A program made the translations under genes and the position numbers. A stretch of 64,000 nucleotides of DNA. Source: Selaginella moellendorffii. Taxonomy: Eukaryota; Plantae; Lycopodiophyta. Location of the stretch: assembly GCF_000143415.4 (NCBI RefSeq), contig NW_003314262.1, forward strand, positions 142,183 to 206,182. The letters run 5' to 3'. Below are positions 28,022-39,960 of this stretch, piece by piece. Positions within the stretch are counted from its first letter, which is position 1. Every line of letters starts with the position of its first letter. Below the pieces are notes generated by a model, which was not told where the DNA came from, searched no databases, and saw nothing but the letters and a program-made list of their open reading frames with translations.

Positions 28022-28530
28022 AACACTTGTTAGGCCTAAGTTGACATATTACCATTCCACCTACATCAGAGGTGGCAACAATTGGGGCCAAATCATCATT
28101 AGTGATGCTTAACCAAGGAGAGGGTACAACAGCCATATGATTACTCAGATATACAATTATTCCACTTTAGGAGGATAACTAAAATATGGGTATTGACTCA
28201 AGATGGTACTAACTATTGGATAGAAAGGGGCTTATGGAACACTAGTAAACCCAGGCTCATGCATTGCCTCAAAGGACCAATAAGTAGGAGGAACATACCA
28301 TGCCTATACCCATTCTAGCCATTTTGATTTTGGGGTGGTGATTGCATCTCAATTGGTGACTACTCCTTTGATGACCTGATAGGTTACACTTGTTAGGCCT
28401 AGTACTCCCTTGCCACTATACCACCCTTTGCACCATCACATTTGAACTGATGAGGTTGAGCTAAGATTTAAGTGATAATTTATATTTACAATTATTAATG
28501 TATTTTGTAAAATATATATGAATAATTTGT
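28022..28530 (+). repeat. Second copy (inverted) of the end of the 5535-7080 repeat
   Basis: Reverse-complement similarity to 5535-6000. Confidence 0.7.
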
Positions 28531-28539
28531 TATGTGTTA

Positions 28540-28790
28540 TATGTAGCAATGTTTGTTTAGTATTAATTTATGAATCCAATTGATCAATCAGAAGTTGATA
28601 ATTATAAACATGTTTATCATGTATAAGCACAAAATTAATCTTATTCCATACCAACTAGTAGATGGTAGAATAAACTAGAATATACTAGAAAGTATTTAAG
28701 AAAGTTTCTAAATTATTAAAATCTAAAACTATCAAAGAATATTGTAAGTATATCCACTACCCCTTATAGGTTTTGCTTACCTTTGTCATG
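28540..28790. repeat. AT-rich interspersed repeat; inverted partner at about 37350-37660
   Basis: 'agatggtagaataaa..agaatatactagaaagt' and 'aagtatatccactacc' match the reverse complement of 37360-37525. Confidence 0.65.
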
Positions 28791-29762
28791 ACATTGGTGT
28801 TACCATTTGCACATATTTTCTCTAGGGCCATATTACCTTGGACTCCATTTATATGAGGTTTGTTTAGCTTTACAAGACTGTCGTCTGTGGTTGGGTCACG
28901 AGGAGAATGACACAAACCACACAAATATTTTAAGGATATTCCTGTGGGTAATGTCTTAAGGGTTTGGAAGGTTCACTCCTGGTATTATTTGAAAAAGTAG
29001 GTATCTTTAGGTTTTGTGGAGAAGATGAGTTGACACCAAGAAACCACTATTGTCTAAGGACTCAGTGTTAATTGTTACTATAGCTATCTAAAAGTTCATC
29101 CACCTTGGCACTAGTTTTAATAGCAATGCTGATATTACTCATCACACCACCCATTTACTTTTGCTTTTTATTTCCCACCAAAGTTTTTTTGTATTTTGTC
29201 TCTCATAATTGATATAATGAACTCTCATGATCAAAAGTCACAACTATAGGATTATTGTTAATCCCCCACTAATTAATCACATTTAGTCTAAAATAAAAAG
29301 AAACTTGACTTTGTCTCATTCATAAGCACAACATAATGTCCACCTTCAACATAAGAGTCTACCTTCAAAAACTCTTGCCACTCATTGGGGGACCCTGTGG
29401 GGTTGAAAGTCACTATAACCTCTTCTACTGTGCTTTCCCAGATTGGGGTCCATGGCTAAGCCGTATAAATGGTCTGATAGAATTCTTGAGTGAGCTATTA
29501 CATCCCTTGTTGGTCCTCAATGGTGTTCTTGTCTTTATGTTTCAATCCCAGGACAGAAAGAGAATTAATAACTAACCTAATGCCTTTGTAGAAGAGGTTT
29601 GTTCAGTATCCATCTTCCATGGTCCAAACTCCAGCACTCCAAGCAGGGAACTCCAAGTCCCATAGTTCGGCTTCCCACTTGTCTAACAGTAACTGCCACT
29701 TGTCCAAGTCCTAAGTTCATAGCAACATCCTGTGGGCTGCTGTCTGGGCGCTGCTACCTGCT

Positions 29763-30360
29763 GTCTTCAAAACATTTGAGATTCCATAATCCAGAGCATA
29801 TTTGTGAGAATTTTCAGTGGCAGACTTGATCCAGTTGTGTCATAAAACAATAAAACTCCATCAGAACTCAAGTTGAGAACTGCTGGAAAATGTAAAGACC
29901 TGTCAATCTGGCACTGTATGTTGACTTGGTCCCCGATTTCATCTCTATGGCACGTTCGCAAAGTGGATATGCTATGTGCCAGTATCTTTGAGGAATTTGA
30001 AGCTTCTTGTTATTGTTCCTCAGGAAAACTCTGCCATGAAAACTCCTTGTCCTCCCAACGAACCACCAAGTTGCCAGTCTCCAGAAGGAAAGAACCTTTA
30101 GAGCAACAGCCCCAATTTGATTTGTTTGCCACACAATCACACTTGCATCATCAGTGACAATGAGTCCGTTCTCACCCCTGAGCTGAAGCTGTGCGTTCCC
30201 ACTGATATGAATAAATTCTCCGTTTTTATTTTGCTCCGTTGCCACAGTTTGTTCTGGTACCATATTGCTAGATTGAAAGTCTTTGAGCCTGTCAATGTTG
30301 ACAGCAAAGCGCCTCCAGCTGAGATGCAGGCCATCTCTATTGCAGTAGCTCAAGAACAAC
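29763..30360 (-). pseudogene. 5' fragment of kinase-C-like gene (duplicate of 17920-18515)
   Basis: Same peptides as 17920-18515, on the opposite strand. Confidence 0.85.
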
Positions 30361-30415
30361 TTTTGTCATTACCTGGGAATCACGTATTGAGGAAATTTAA
30401 AGGCTCGTGCACCAA

Positions 30416-30465
30416 CTCGTCAGTCCAGGTCAACGTCAGAGTCAGAGTCAAGCATGCAGTCAGCG
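30416..30465. promoter_or_regulatory. W-box/TGAC cluster upstream of kinase A
   Basis: 'cgtcagtccaggtcaacgtcagagtcagagtcaagcatgcagtcag', about 155-200 bp upstream of the ATG at 30620. Confidence 0.5.
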
Positions 30466-30619
30466 AGAAACATTCAAAGTTGTGGCCATGGAAGACCAGT
30501 ATAGTACGAAAGATACTGAAGTAAAACACAACAAGTGGCTACAAGACACTCCCAACTATAAAAAAGATGTAAGCATCACTTGGTATACTACACCTTATAG
30601 TTCATTTAGAAAATAACAG

Positions 30620-33130
30620 ATGCTCTTAATGTTTCTCGCTTTTAGAATTCTCCTGTTCTGTTGCTTGTGCTATGTCATTTTAACTTCGGTGGCAGCTGAT
30701 GGTGGAAGTCCAGGCACAACCATAATTGTGAGAGGCGAAGACCCTCAGACATGGATTACGTCTCCCAACGCTACCTTTTCTGCAGGATTCGGCCATCTCA
30801 ATCCCACATCTCCCCTCTATAGTTTCTCGATATGGTACACCAAAATGCCCAACACAGTCGTCTGGAGCGCAATGTCCAATGACACGGGAGGTTTTCCAAT
30901 CGGGCTTATCAAAGGCGACCAGCTCGTTTTCCAGACCGATGGTCGATTAGTTCTCACCTCCAACGCTGCTGGAATTATCTGGGGAACTTCTACGTCAACT
31001 CTCGCAGTTACAAAAGCTTTGCTTCAGGAGAATGGCAACTTACAGCTTCTAACGAGCAACGGAGTGCCTGTTTGGCAGTCATTTGAGCGCCCCACGGACA
31101 CCCTTCTTCCTTATCAGCAGCTCATTGGAAACACCCGGCTTGTCTCCAGTAACCGAAAATATGACCTTCGAATGGATGTGAGTAGAGTTGCGCTCTACTC
31201 CCAGGGATATTGGCTTGAACCATACTGGAAGATCGCGAATGACAATCATTCCGATTCTGCGGTCAGTCCTCCTCGTCTCAACTTCAGCACTAGCGGGATG
31301 CTTTCTTTCTTTGATGGGAACGGCAGCTCCTGGAAAAATCCTGACAAAGTATATGACACGGCACAGAGGTATGCGCTTGATTATCCTGAAATTGGTCTAA
31401 CCCGAAGGCTGACCCTGGACGATGATGGCAACTTGAGAATCTACACTCTTGATGAGATCAAGAACAGATGGCTCATAACTTGGCAAGCTGTTCTTCTCGA
31501 GTGTGACATCTTTGGGAAATGCGGGCGCTTTGGGATTTGCACATACCGGCCGACTGCAACTTGCATCTGTCCTCCGGGATTTCACCCCACAAATGCTTCC
31601 GATCCGTCACAGGATTGTGTTTACAATACTCCGTTGACCAAGTGTCCAACAGGCCAAAACTCAACAGATCCAAGAAACTTCAAGATGATCCAACTTGTAC
31701 GCACGGACTTCCAATACAATGACTACAATAGCCACCCGCTGCCAAATCCGTCATCCCAGGAGGATTGTATCCAAAGATGCCTCAGGGAGTGCGAGTGTCT
31801 CGGAGCTGCTTTCCAGATGGGTGGCGCTGGAATATGCTGGCTCAAGGGCTTAGATCCCTCGGGTCTGTTCAATGGCAAGCAGTCTGTGGACGTGGACAAC
31901 GTTTTCTTCTTGAAAGTTTCTGCCAAAGATCCAGGACAAAGTCCGGATGCAAACGTATACGTGACAAACGCAAATGCCACCGTCGTTCCTGGTTTCCAGT
32001 GGCTGGTGCTCCATCGGCCATTTTTCAGAGATGGTCCTCGCATTGCGCTCTTCATCACAACACTTGTGTTGATGGTTTTCCTCTTGGTTACTTGTTTTAT
32101 GGGGCTCTGCTGGATCATAAGCGCTAGAGCACGTAACAACATGATGGATCTCGATTTTGGCAGTGGGCCTGCAATATTCACGTATCAGCAGCTGCAAAAT
32201 TTCACAGACAACTTTTATGACAGGCTTGGATCGGGAGGATTTGGGACAGTCTACAAGGGGCGGCTTCCAAATGGCACTCTTGTTGCAGTCAAGGAGCTGG
32301 AAATGGCCATGCAAGCCGATAAACAGTTCCAAGCCGAGGTGAAGACCCTCGGCAAGATTCACCACATCAACCTCGTCCGCTTGCTGGGGTATTGCTACGA
32401 GGACAATCGAAAGCTCCTGGTTTATGAGTACATGCCTAATAGTTCACTGGAGAAGCTACTTTTTTTGAATGATACAGAGCACTTTTGCGGCTGGGCCAGC
32501 CGATTCAACATTGCTTTGGGGATTGCAAGAGGGATAACATATCTTCATGACGAATGTCAGGAATGCATTCTCCACTGCGACATAAAGCCTCAAAACATCC
32601 TGCTTGATGAGAGCTTTATTCCAAAGGTAGCGGATTTTGGTTTAGCCAAGCTGATGAAACGGGAGAGGGCATTGAGTGTGACAACTGTGCGTGGGACCAG
32701 GGGATATCTTGCACCTGAATGGATCAGCGACCTTCCAATCACAACCAAGGCGGATGTCTACAGCTTTGGAATGGTGTTGCTCGAGATTATAAGCGGCAGG
32801 GAGAAGTACCTCATGACAATATCTGCCATAAACTCAGAAAACAACCGCTGGTGTCTCTCGGACTGGGCTTACAACATGTATCAAGCAGGAGATCTGGAAA
32901 GTATCGTTGACAAGAAGCTAGTGAGGGAGGAAGTGGATTTGGTGCAGTTCAAGAGGCTGCTCAAAGTTGCATTATGGTGCATTCAGCATGATGCAAATGC
33001 AAGGCCATCAATGGGGAAAGTGGTGCAAATGATGGAAGATACTGTACAAGTTCCTGAACCATTGTCTCCAAATTTATCCTCCGAAATAGCTTTGGATCCT
33101 TCTGTTGGTTCTCTGACAAATGGACGATAA
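30620..33130 (+). CDS. G-type lectin S-domain receptor-like Ser/Thr kinase A (SD-2-like, non-RD), 836 aa, intronless
   Basis: Signal peptide, bulb lectin ('WQSFERPTDTLLP'), S-locus glycoprotein region ('RRLTLDDDGNLRIY'), EGF ('CDIFGKCGRFGIC'), PAN ('CIQRCLRECEC'), TM, and kinase motifs GSGGFG / VAVK / HCDIKPQN / DFG / GTRGYLAPE. Confidence 0.95.
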   Translation: MLLMFLAFRILLFCCLCYVILTSVAADGGSPGTTIIVRGEDPQTWITSPNATFSAGFGHLNPTSPLYSFSIWYTKMPNTVVWSAMSNDTGGFPIGLIKGDQLVFQTDGRLVLTSNAAGIIWGTSTSTLAVTKALLQENGNLQLLTSNGVPVWQSFERPTDTLLPYQQLIGNTRLVSSNRKYDLRMDVSRVALYSQGYWLEPYWKIANDNHSDSAVSPPRLNFSTSGMLSFFDGNGSSWKNPDKVYDTAQRYALDYPEIGLTRRLTLDDDGNLRIYTLDEIKNRWLITWQAVLLECDIFGKCGRFGICTYRPTATCICPPGFHPTNASDPSQDCVYNTPLTKCPTGQNSTDPRNFKMIQLVRTDFQYNDYNSHPLPNPSSQEDCIQRCLRECECLGAAFQMGGAGICWLKGLDPSGLFNGKQSVDVDNVFFLKVSAKDPGQSPDANVYVTNANATVVPGFQWLVLHRPFFRDGPRIALFITTLVLMVFLLVTCFMGLCWIISARARNNMMDLDFGSGPAIFTYQQLQNFTDNFYDRLGSGGFGTVYKGRLPNGTLVAVKELEMAMQADKQFQAEVKTLGKIHHINLVRLLGYCYEDNRKLLVYEYMPNSSLEKLLFLNDTEHFCGWASRFNIALGIARGITYLHDECQECILHCDIKPQNILLDESFIPKVADFGLAKLMKRERALSVTTVRGTRGYLAPEWISDLPITTKADVYSFGMVLLEIISGREKYLMTISAINSENNRWCLSDWAYNMYQAGDLESIVDKKLVREEVDLVQFKRLLKVALWCIQHDANARPSMGKVVQMMEDTVQVPEPLSPNLSSEIALDPSVGSLTNGR

Positions 33131-33626
33131 TAGACGTGGTATCATTATTAGTTCTTTATCTTTTTTGAAATGGTAAACCTCTATTCTACTATTATTTGTT
33201 TTGGAAAATTATGATTGCTATATGCATTGGGCCAAAGTAGACTAAAAAATGCCAACCCTGTTTATTCTAAGAAATCAATTCAGTCCATCTATTAGGGTGC
33301 CAAAGAACATGACTTAGGAATTCCCCCTGATTTCAATAGATCTTGCATGTCTATCGATAGAGAGTTCCACCGACCAAGCAGTAATCTCGAGCCTTGATCG
33401 CCGTGCTTTGCTGGTCCAGGGAGAAATTGTCAGGAGCACAACCAGCCTCCAAGTACTTGGCAACTTCACCTTGCCCCAGTGATGTGTGCTCCAAATCGAG
33501 GAAATCCTTTTGAGATCTTTGTCATTGTTGGCAAGGAGGCTTTGGCATTTGTATGTGTCAACGTGAATCACCAGCACACATTGGAGTGTTTTCGTCATAT
33601 ACTCTCTGGAGCCCATATCCTTTTTC

Positions 33627-33726
33627 NNNNNNNNNNNNNNNNNNNNNNNNNNNNNNNNNNNNNNNNNNNNNNNNNNNNNNNNNNNNNNNNNNNNNNNNNN
33701 NNNNNNNNNNNNNNNNNNNNNNNNNN
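33627..33726. other. Assembly gap (100 N)
   Basis: Run of 100 n characters. Confidence 1.
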
Positions 33727-34330
33727 CCATTATATTACTTCATGACAAATGCAAATGCAACACTAAGTAAAATTTTCACTAATCATCATAAAGAAAGTTA
33801 CCTTTCTATGCACCTCACTCAGTTGTAATAGCCATTGCCACTACAGAATTAGTGTCTTTTGCTGCTATTGTAGCTGCCATGTTCTCGATGTGGAAGCACA
33901 AAACTTGAAAGGAATGGGAGGCTTTAATGGAAGAGATTGAGGGTTGTACAAGCAGCTCCAAGAGGCCACCAATAACTTTGAGGAGATGCTAGAACCATCT
34001 ACAGAAGGTGAAATACCTAAAAAAGATGGTATTATGGTGGTCAAGGTGATCAAAGCTACTACTCATGTAGTGAAGCAGTTCAAGGCAGAGGTACATGAAT
34101 ACTATTGGAAAGGTACATCATGTGTATCTTCTTGGCTACAGTTTAGAGGGTGATCACAGGCTCCTTGTTTATGAGTTCATGTCAAATGGTCCTAGACAAT
34201 CACCTCCCCAATTCCTTTGAGCTCATTCTACAAGTGGCAAACTTGGTTTTTGATAGCACTTGGGATAGCAAAAGGTATGGCTTATTTACATGACAAGTGT
34301 CACACAATGCAACAACAAGCCACAAAACAT
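33727..34330 (+). pseudogene. 3' fragment (juxtamembrane and N-lobe kinase) of kinase-C-like gene
   Basis: 'YFMTNANATLSKIFTNHHKESYLSMHL', 'YKQLQEATNNFEE', 'VVKVIKATTHVVKQFKAEV' and 'WQTWFLIALGIAKGMAYLH' match kinase C. Frameshifted. Confidence 0.85.
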
Positions 34331-34699
34331 TTTTTTGGGCAGCTATTATCCCAGGAGTTGTATGCTTGTAGAAGAATCTTTGGCATGTTAGATCTTCTCA
34401 TATTATTGATGCTAATGAGGCAAGTGATACACTGCTATTAGAAGCTATTGAAAAACAATTGTTAATAATAGTATTATCAAAAGCTTTTGGGATGATTGTG
34501 TCAAAAATTATTTATCAACAAGTCCTTTTGGATATTCTTCTTTAATTGCCATGACAATAAGAGATTGGTATTGTTACTTCCATTTGTAATCCCTTTTGTT
34601 TAAATGTTAGTAAATTATATTTAGCATTTATACTTTGCCAAATGAGTATTAAGTGTTTATTTAGCTAAACACACTTGGTTTAGTTTGTTAATTTTCTTT

Positions 34700-35325
34700 T
34701 GTTCTATCTTGCATTAGTTTAACAAGAACCCTTATGTATTAAGCACTATTCCCTCAATATCAATACATAATAGTTTATCTTATTTGCCAAGATACTATCA
34801 CTATCATACCTTATATATTGGTTCTATTCGATGTTATTAAATATTTATGGAAATAGAGGTAAAGGGTTCCAAATCTATAGTAGGTAGGTTAGGCATAGCC
34901 AACCAATCTTGAAGCATTGCATAACTTCCCACTAAGCATTCTTATCTTTGTTTTATGTTTGGCTTGGGTCTAATCCCAAATTTATATCCTTGAATTATAC
35001 CACTGATATGCTAAAATAACATTAAACTTTATTTGGCTCCGTTTTGCATGTTAATCTTGATATTGAGATATTACATGCTTTAAGATTGTTCCAATATGTT
35101 TTGTTCTTTCACTCATAAGGTTATACACTTGGGAGTTGCTCCATATGCTAGTTCCTTCACTCCATAACTATATACTTGGAAGTTTGGCTTTATCCTTTCG
35201 TTTAGTGGCTTAAAGCTCTAAAACTCAAGTTTTGCTTCACTATTCTTGGCCATGTATCTAAGGGTTATAATTCCACTTTGTAGTTATCCTATAGTAAAAA
35301 CTAGGGTGAAAGTTGTATATGCTAG
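34700..35325 (+). mobile_element. Internally deleted LTR-derived repeat, inverted relative to 24171-25640
   Basis: The reverse complement of 35170-35320 matches 24175-24330, and that of 34700-34830 matches 25500-25630. Confidence 0.65.
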
Positions 35326-35924
35326 CTACATGGGGGAAATTGTTTTTGCCAAAAACTGTTACACAATTGACATCAAGCCTCTGTAGATAATAGGAAGTGA
35401 GATCAAAGTTGACTATCCAATTATATTGGAAGTAGATATGAAGATGCTCTTCCAATGCTATAATTACGTCTTTGTATACATTAGTTGTATGGCCCATTAA
35501 TTTCAATGTTTTCACTTTCATTTATTTTCCTACCATATGAAGTGAAAATTAATAATCTAAAAAAATGTTAATCCTTAACATTTGAAAAGAATTCTTATTT
35601 TCTTGAATTATATGTTCCTAGGGTGATCAGATCATGCTCCAATGAACTAAATGCATATACAAGGTATAAATTTGTCAGATTTGCATTAACTATTTTTGTT
35701 CTTTTTGGAAAGATTTGTATTGCTTGATTACAAGCTCATTATGGCTTTCATTGTTGTTTAGAAGCTACAAGAATTGCTTTTTTCTTGGGTCACATCCAGT
35801 TCAAGATCTTGCTAACTCGAGAGTGGTTGACTTAAGAATTGATATTTTCTTTCCTACAAATGCTAGGAATGTTGATTTTGATAAGATAGTGGTGAAACTT
35901 TAGATGGCACACTTACAAGCTGTG

Positions 35925-36067
35925 TAATCACTAAAAATGAGCTCATTACCAATGCTGGGAACTACTCAAAAGATAAATGGTATTAATAATATGCTTCTGC
36001 TCTAATCACTGAGAATGAGCTCATCACCAATGCTGGGAACCACTAAGATAAGTGGTATTAATAATAT
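35925..36067. repeat. Short tandem duplication (~67 bp x2)
   Basis: 'taatcact..aatgagctcat.accaatgctgggaac.act..agataa.tggtattaataatat' occurs twice. Confidence 0.85.
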
Positions 36068-36169
36068 AGACCTGGAATCAAAGACATTTTTTTTTTGTTG
36101 GCTGGATGATTTTATGTAATATTTTTAAAATTCAACATTCTTTACAATTGTAATTTAACATTATCTATT

Positions 36170-37125
36170 GCAAAAGGTTTTCTACTTTTTCCAGCTTGTG
36201 ACCTTCCATCCCTTTCTCCAGAGCCCAGAGCTTCATGAGCTTCCCATCAATTCATTGGAATGGCCCTTATGCAGCCAGACTTGTGCATGCCAGAATTGCA
36301 ATAAGAAAAACCATGGTGTCTACACACCTTCCATGCAACTACATCCTTGAGAAGAAATCCAAAGCCACCTTGACTTCACCATTTTGAGTGTATCCTAGTA
36401 TAATTGTCATCCAGGAGCCAATATCTCAATATCTTAAAAAATTCTATAGGCCTCCACCATATTGCCAAACTTTGCATATATATCAACCATAGTGCTAGTG
36501 ATGAATACATCAGACTTATAGCCACTACAAGTCTAGAAACCTGGAAAAGCCTTTTCTTCTTGTCACTATGATCAGAGCTTTTGGTCTTGCTGCCAAGTTG
36601 CTAAAGGCCTTGAGCACTGCAACAAATGCTTGACATGCATCCCTCACATTTCATGACAGAGAAGAAATATATGACCTTGTTCATTTAGGACATGCGTCAG
36701 GATCAAAATCATCCATGAAACGACATTTGGCTGGAGAATCCCTTGAAAGACTAAATGAGCTTCCTCAATTCTCCCATAATTTGCATAGAAAGTTATAAGC
36801 ACATTACACATGTAGATGTCAGAAGAAATCCATACCTGTTAGCTTGAGTATACAAATCCTAACCCATCTTGAGCAAAAATTCAACTGGAGCACGTGACAA
36901 AGCTTTATGAATTCAGGACACATCTCTTAGCAGTGGAATATCTCTAGAGATAGATATTTCTTACTACTCTCAACATAGCCAAGGATGAGAGACATCCACA
37001 AAGCAACACTATGCTGGTTGGCAACTATTCATGCCCTTCGAAGATCCAAAGCACTTTCACTATGATTGCACACTTAGTATACATGTGAATCAGTGCATTC
37101 TCCACACCTGCATTCAAGGATTAGT
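36170..37125 (-). pseudogene. Degraded PLS-class PPR gene
   Basis: Minus strand reads 'VENALIHMYTKC', 'DIYMCNVLITFYANYGRIEEAHLVFQGILQPNVVSW' and 'DVFITSTMVDIYAKFGNMVEAYRIF', with stops. Confidence 0.75.
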
Positions 37126-38599
37126 TGAGCCAATTGAGCTCAATATGGATTTCCCTTCCCATTTGGACATGAGGAATCAAGACTCCAGTAACATTTGAAA
37201 ACTTAAAAAAACAATTAAAGTGTTACTTTTTTTAATCTGGGCCAGTGATTAGAAGTTTTCAATTTCAACCATTTTATCAAAAGAATATTCCTAGATAATA
37301 TTCTAAAAATGAAATGCTAAATGCAAATAACATTTTTGGTTTGCTTAAGAAAACCCATATGGTAGTGGATATACTTAGAATATGCTTGAATATTCTAGGA
37401 TATTTTACCATCTAAAGGTCATTATTCATTTAGATTAATCTTGTATTTATAATTAATAAACATATTTATAATTTATAAACTTGCTTAAACACTTTCTAGT
37501 ATATTCTTTTTTATTCTACCATCTTATGGTTGATATGCAATAAGATTAATCTTGTATTTATAATGATAAACATCTTTATAATTATAAACTTTTATTTGAT
37601 CAATTAGATTAAAAAGTAGAACTAACACTACTATTAAGTAAACCAAGCGTTGCTATATGCAACGTGTTGCAAATTATTAGATAAGAGAGTATGATATTAG
37701 GATTTTTTATATGGCAATAAAATTATATAATTAAAGTATCAAAACTCCTTCAATATGATTTATATCACTTCTGCAATTTCTTAATGGTAGTAATTACGTG
37801 CTTCTTCCCAATCTGTCAAGAGAATTTGTTTTTATATAAAAAATAAAAGGATGTCTAAGCTCTAATACTTACTCAACAAAATTGAGAAAAAGACTTTAAC
37901 ATTCAAGTTGGCACCTCCAACTATGTAATAGAAACAATTCTTTCATAACAACAAAAAGACTTAAAATATGTCATCTGAAAACTTAACTCAGCTAAAATGG
38001 ACTACACCACTGATCCTCACTTGATAAAATTGTATAATGGTTCTTACTACTTCAAGAATACAATTTCAAAATCATTTATAAGCTTAACAAACAACATGAA
38101 CAAGCTGACTATAAAATTGTCAACCTCAATAAACTCAAGAAATATTGATCAATCAACGCAAACTTCATCAACAACAATCTTGAAAGAAGTGAAGGTTACA
38201 ATCATGACACTCTAGAATTCAAAATAAAATGGTGGGGCAAGGGACTTTGCCCCACAATCAAAATCCTATGGAAATCAATTGAAAAATTATAACTCAAAGA
38301 CTTTTCAACCAGAAACAAGAATTAAAGACACAAGAATCTCTACAATAAACACACAGAAGATTAGAGACAAACAAGCCCTCTCAAGTTTACAACCAGAAGA
38401 ATGAGAAAACTCAAGATAAAGACTCAATGGGGAAACAAAGACGCATAGCAGCAGGTCCCTCACAAAGGAGTTCTACCTTGATCGAGACCTATTGACTTCT
38501 AGTGAGGAGTTAGGTCTTCTCTCACCATGCAACCCTACTTGGAAGAACACCAAAAAGCTCAATTCATAGCTTTCTGAAGTTGGGTTCTATGATTTTTGG

Positions 38600-39000
38600 A
38601 GAGGGACTACAACATTGCTGTGGCCAAGAAGGTCCTCCTGGCATTTAAGGCAGAGATGGTATGCGCTAGTGACTGCAAGTATCTCCTCACTGCTGAATAC
38701 TTTGGAAGCTTCCAACTAGAGTAGAGTGCATCACATCGATTCCATGCAAGAAGAGCATTCCACCCGAATGCATCAAAGTCTTGGAAAACAACAATAGCAG
38801 TGATTCTCTCCAAATGAGCAAAGTCACCAATGAAGCCAAGCCACGATTGAAGTTCTTGGTCTCCACACTACAATGTCCACTCTTGTTCCATGCTGCAAGT
38901 TGTAATAGAGGATAGTGGACTTGAGCACTTCACGAAGAAAGTTCAACAAGGAAATCCTTTCAGCAGCGAGGACAGTACGTGACGGCCATGACTCTGAGAC
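38600..39000 (-). pseudogene. Possible further PPR remnant
   Basis: 'VVFQDFDAFGWNALL' and 'VDIVVW' resemble PPR motif pieces; highly degraded. Confidence 0.35.
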
Positions 39001-39221
39001 TCTCATGCTTCCATACATCATGTCGCTCTTCCCAGCACTCGACTCAGTCATCCCTCGCAAGTCTTCTTGAGTTTCTTTGTTTCTGGAGTTTTGTTGCGAT
39101 GTCTTCGATTTGCACTTTGGTGGCATTGTTGTGTTCCTTGAGCTTCTTTGCTGGTGGAGTCAGTGCTGGTAGTAAGCTAGTGGTCAACACTTTAACATTG
39201 GGAAATAAAATTTAATGTCAA

Positions 39222-39960
39222 CCGAGATTTAGGGTTTGGCGATGGCTGCTGATAGATGCGCGCGGCGATCTCCAGAAGCGGCGTGGACGATGCGTGCCGG
39301 AGCTACGCGCGCCTCCTCAAGGAATGCGGTAGGCTGGGGGATTTGGCGCAGGGCAAGCGCCTCCACGCGCAGATCCGCGAATCAGGGCTCCTGCTCGACG
39401 ATCGCGAGGAGAGCGGCGCGCGATTCCTGGGCAACTGCCTCGTCCAAATGTATGGCAAATGCGGCAGGACTGACGAGGCGCAGCGCGCATTCGACTCCAT
39501 CGCGCACAAGAACATCTTCTCCTGGACGTCGATTCTCGTGGCGTACTTCCACGCGGGCCTCCATGCCCAGGCGCTGGAGAGATTCCACCAGATGATCAAG
39601 GCCGGCGTGGAGCCCGACCGACTTGTGTTCCTGGCGGCTCTCAACGTGTGTGGCATCCTCAAGCGGCTCGAAGACGGTGCCGGGATCCATCGCCAGATCC
39701 AAGACAAGCTGCTGGATTCCGATTTGGAGATCGGGAATGCGCTGGTCAGCATGTATGGGAAGTGTGGGAGGCTGGATCTCGCCAAAGAGCTCTTCGATTG
39801 TTTGGAGAATGGGAGGAGAAGAGAGACTTGGGGGCTTCTTCGATCCATGGCGGTGGAAGGGATAAAGCCGGACAAGCTTTTGCTCCTCACGCTGCTCAAC
39901 GTTTGCTCCAGCCGGGGAGTTTTGGACGAGGATAGCTGGATGGCTCACGACTATATCGTC
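39222..39960 (+). pseudogene. Truncated 5' duplicate of the PPR-DYW gene
   Basis: Nearly identical to 48428-49214, with an in-frame 48-nt deletion (RRNVISWTILVSVFAE lost). Ends at 'gactatatcgtc', fused to NAT intron sequence. Confidence 0.93.

Larger units (their letters stand above)
29245..33626. repeat. Right arm of the ~4.4 kb inverted duplication, ending at the assembly gap
   Basis: Reverse complement of 14668-19028. Confidence 0.95.

Noticed and set aside
39099-39215. Signal-peptide-like short ORF 'MSSICTLVALLCSLSFFAGGVSA...' as a candidate ligand
   Set aside because: The mature part is only ~15 aa without cysteines, it lies in degraded sequence, and there is no supporting evidence.
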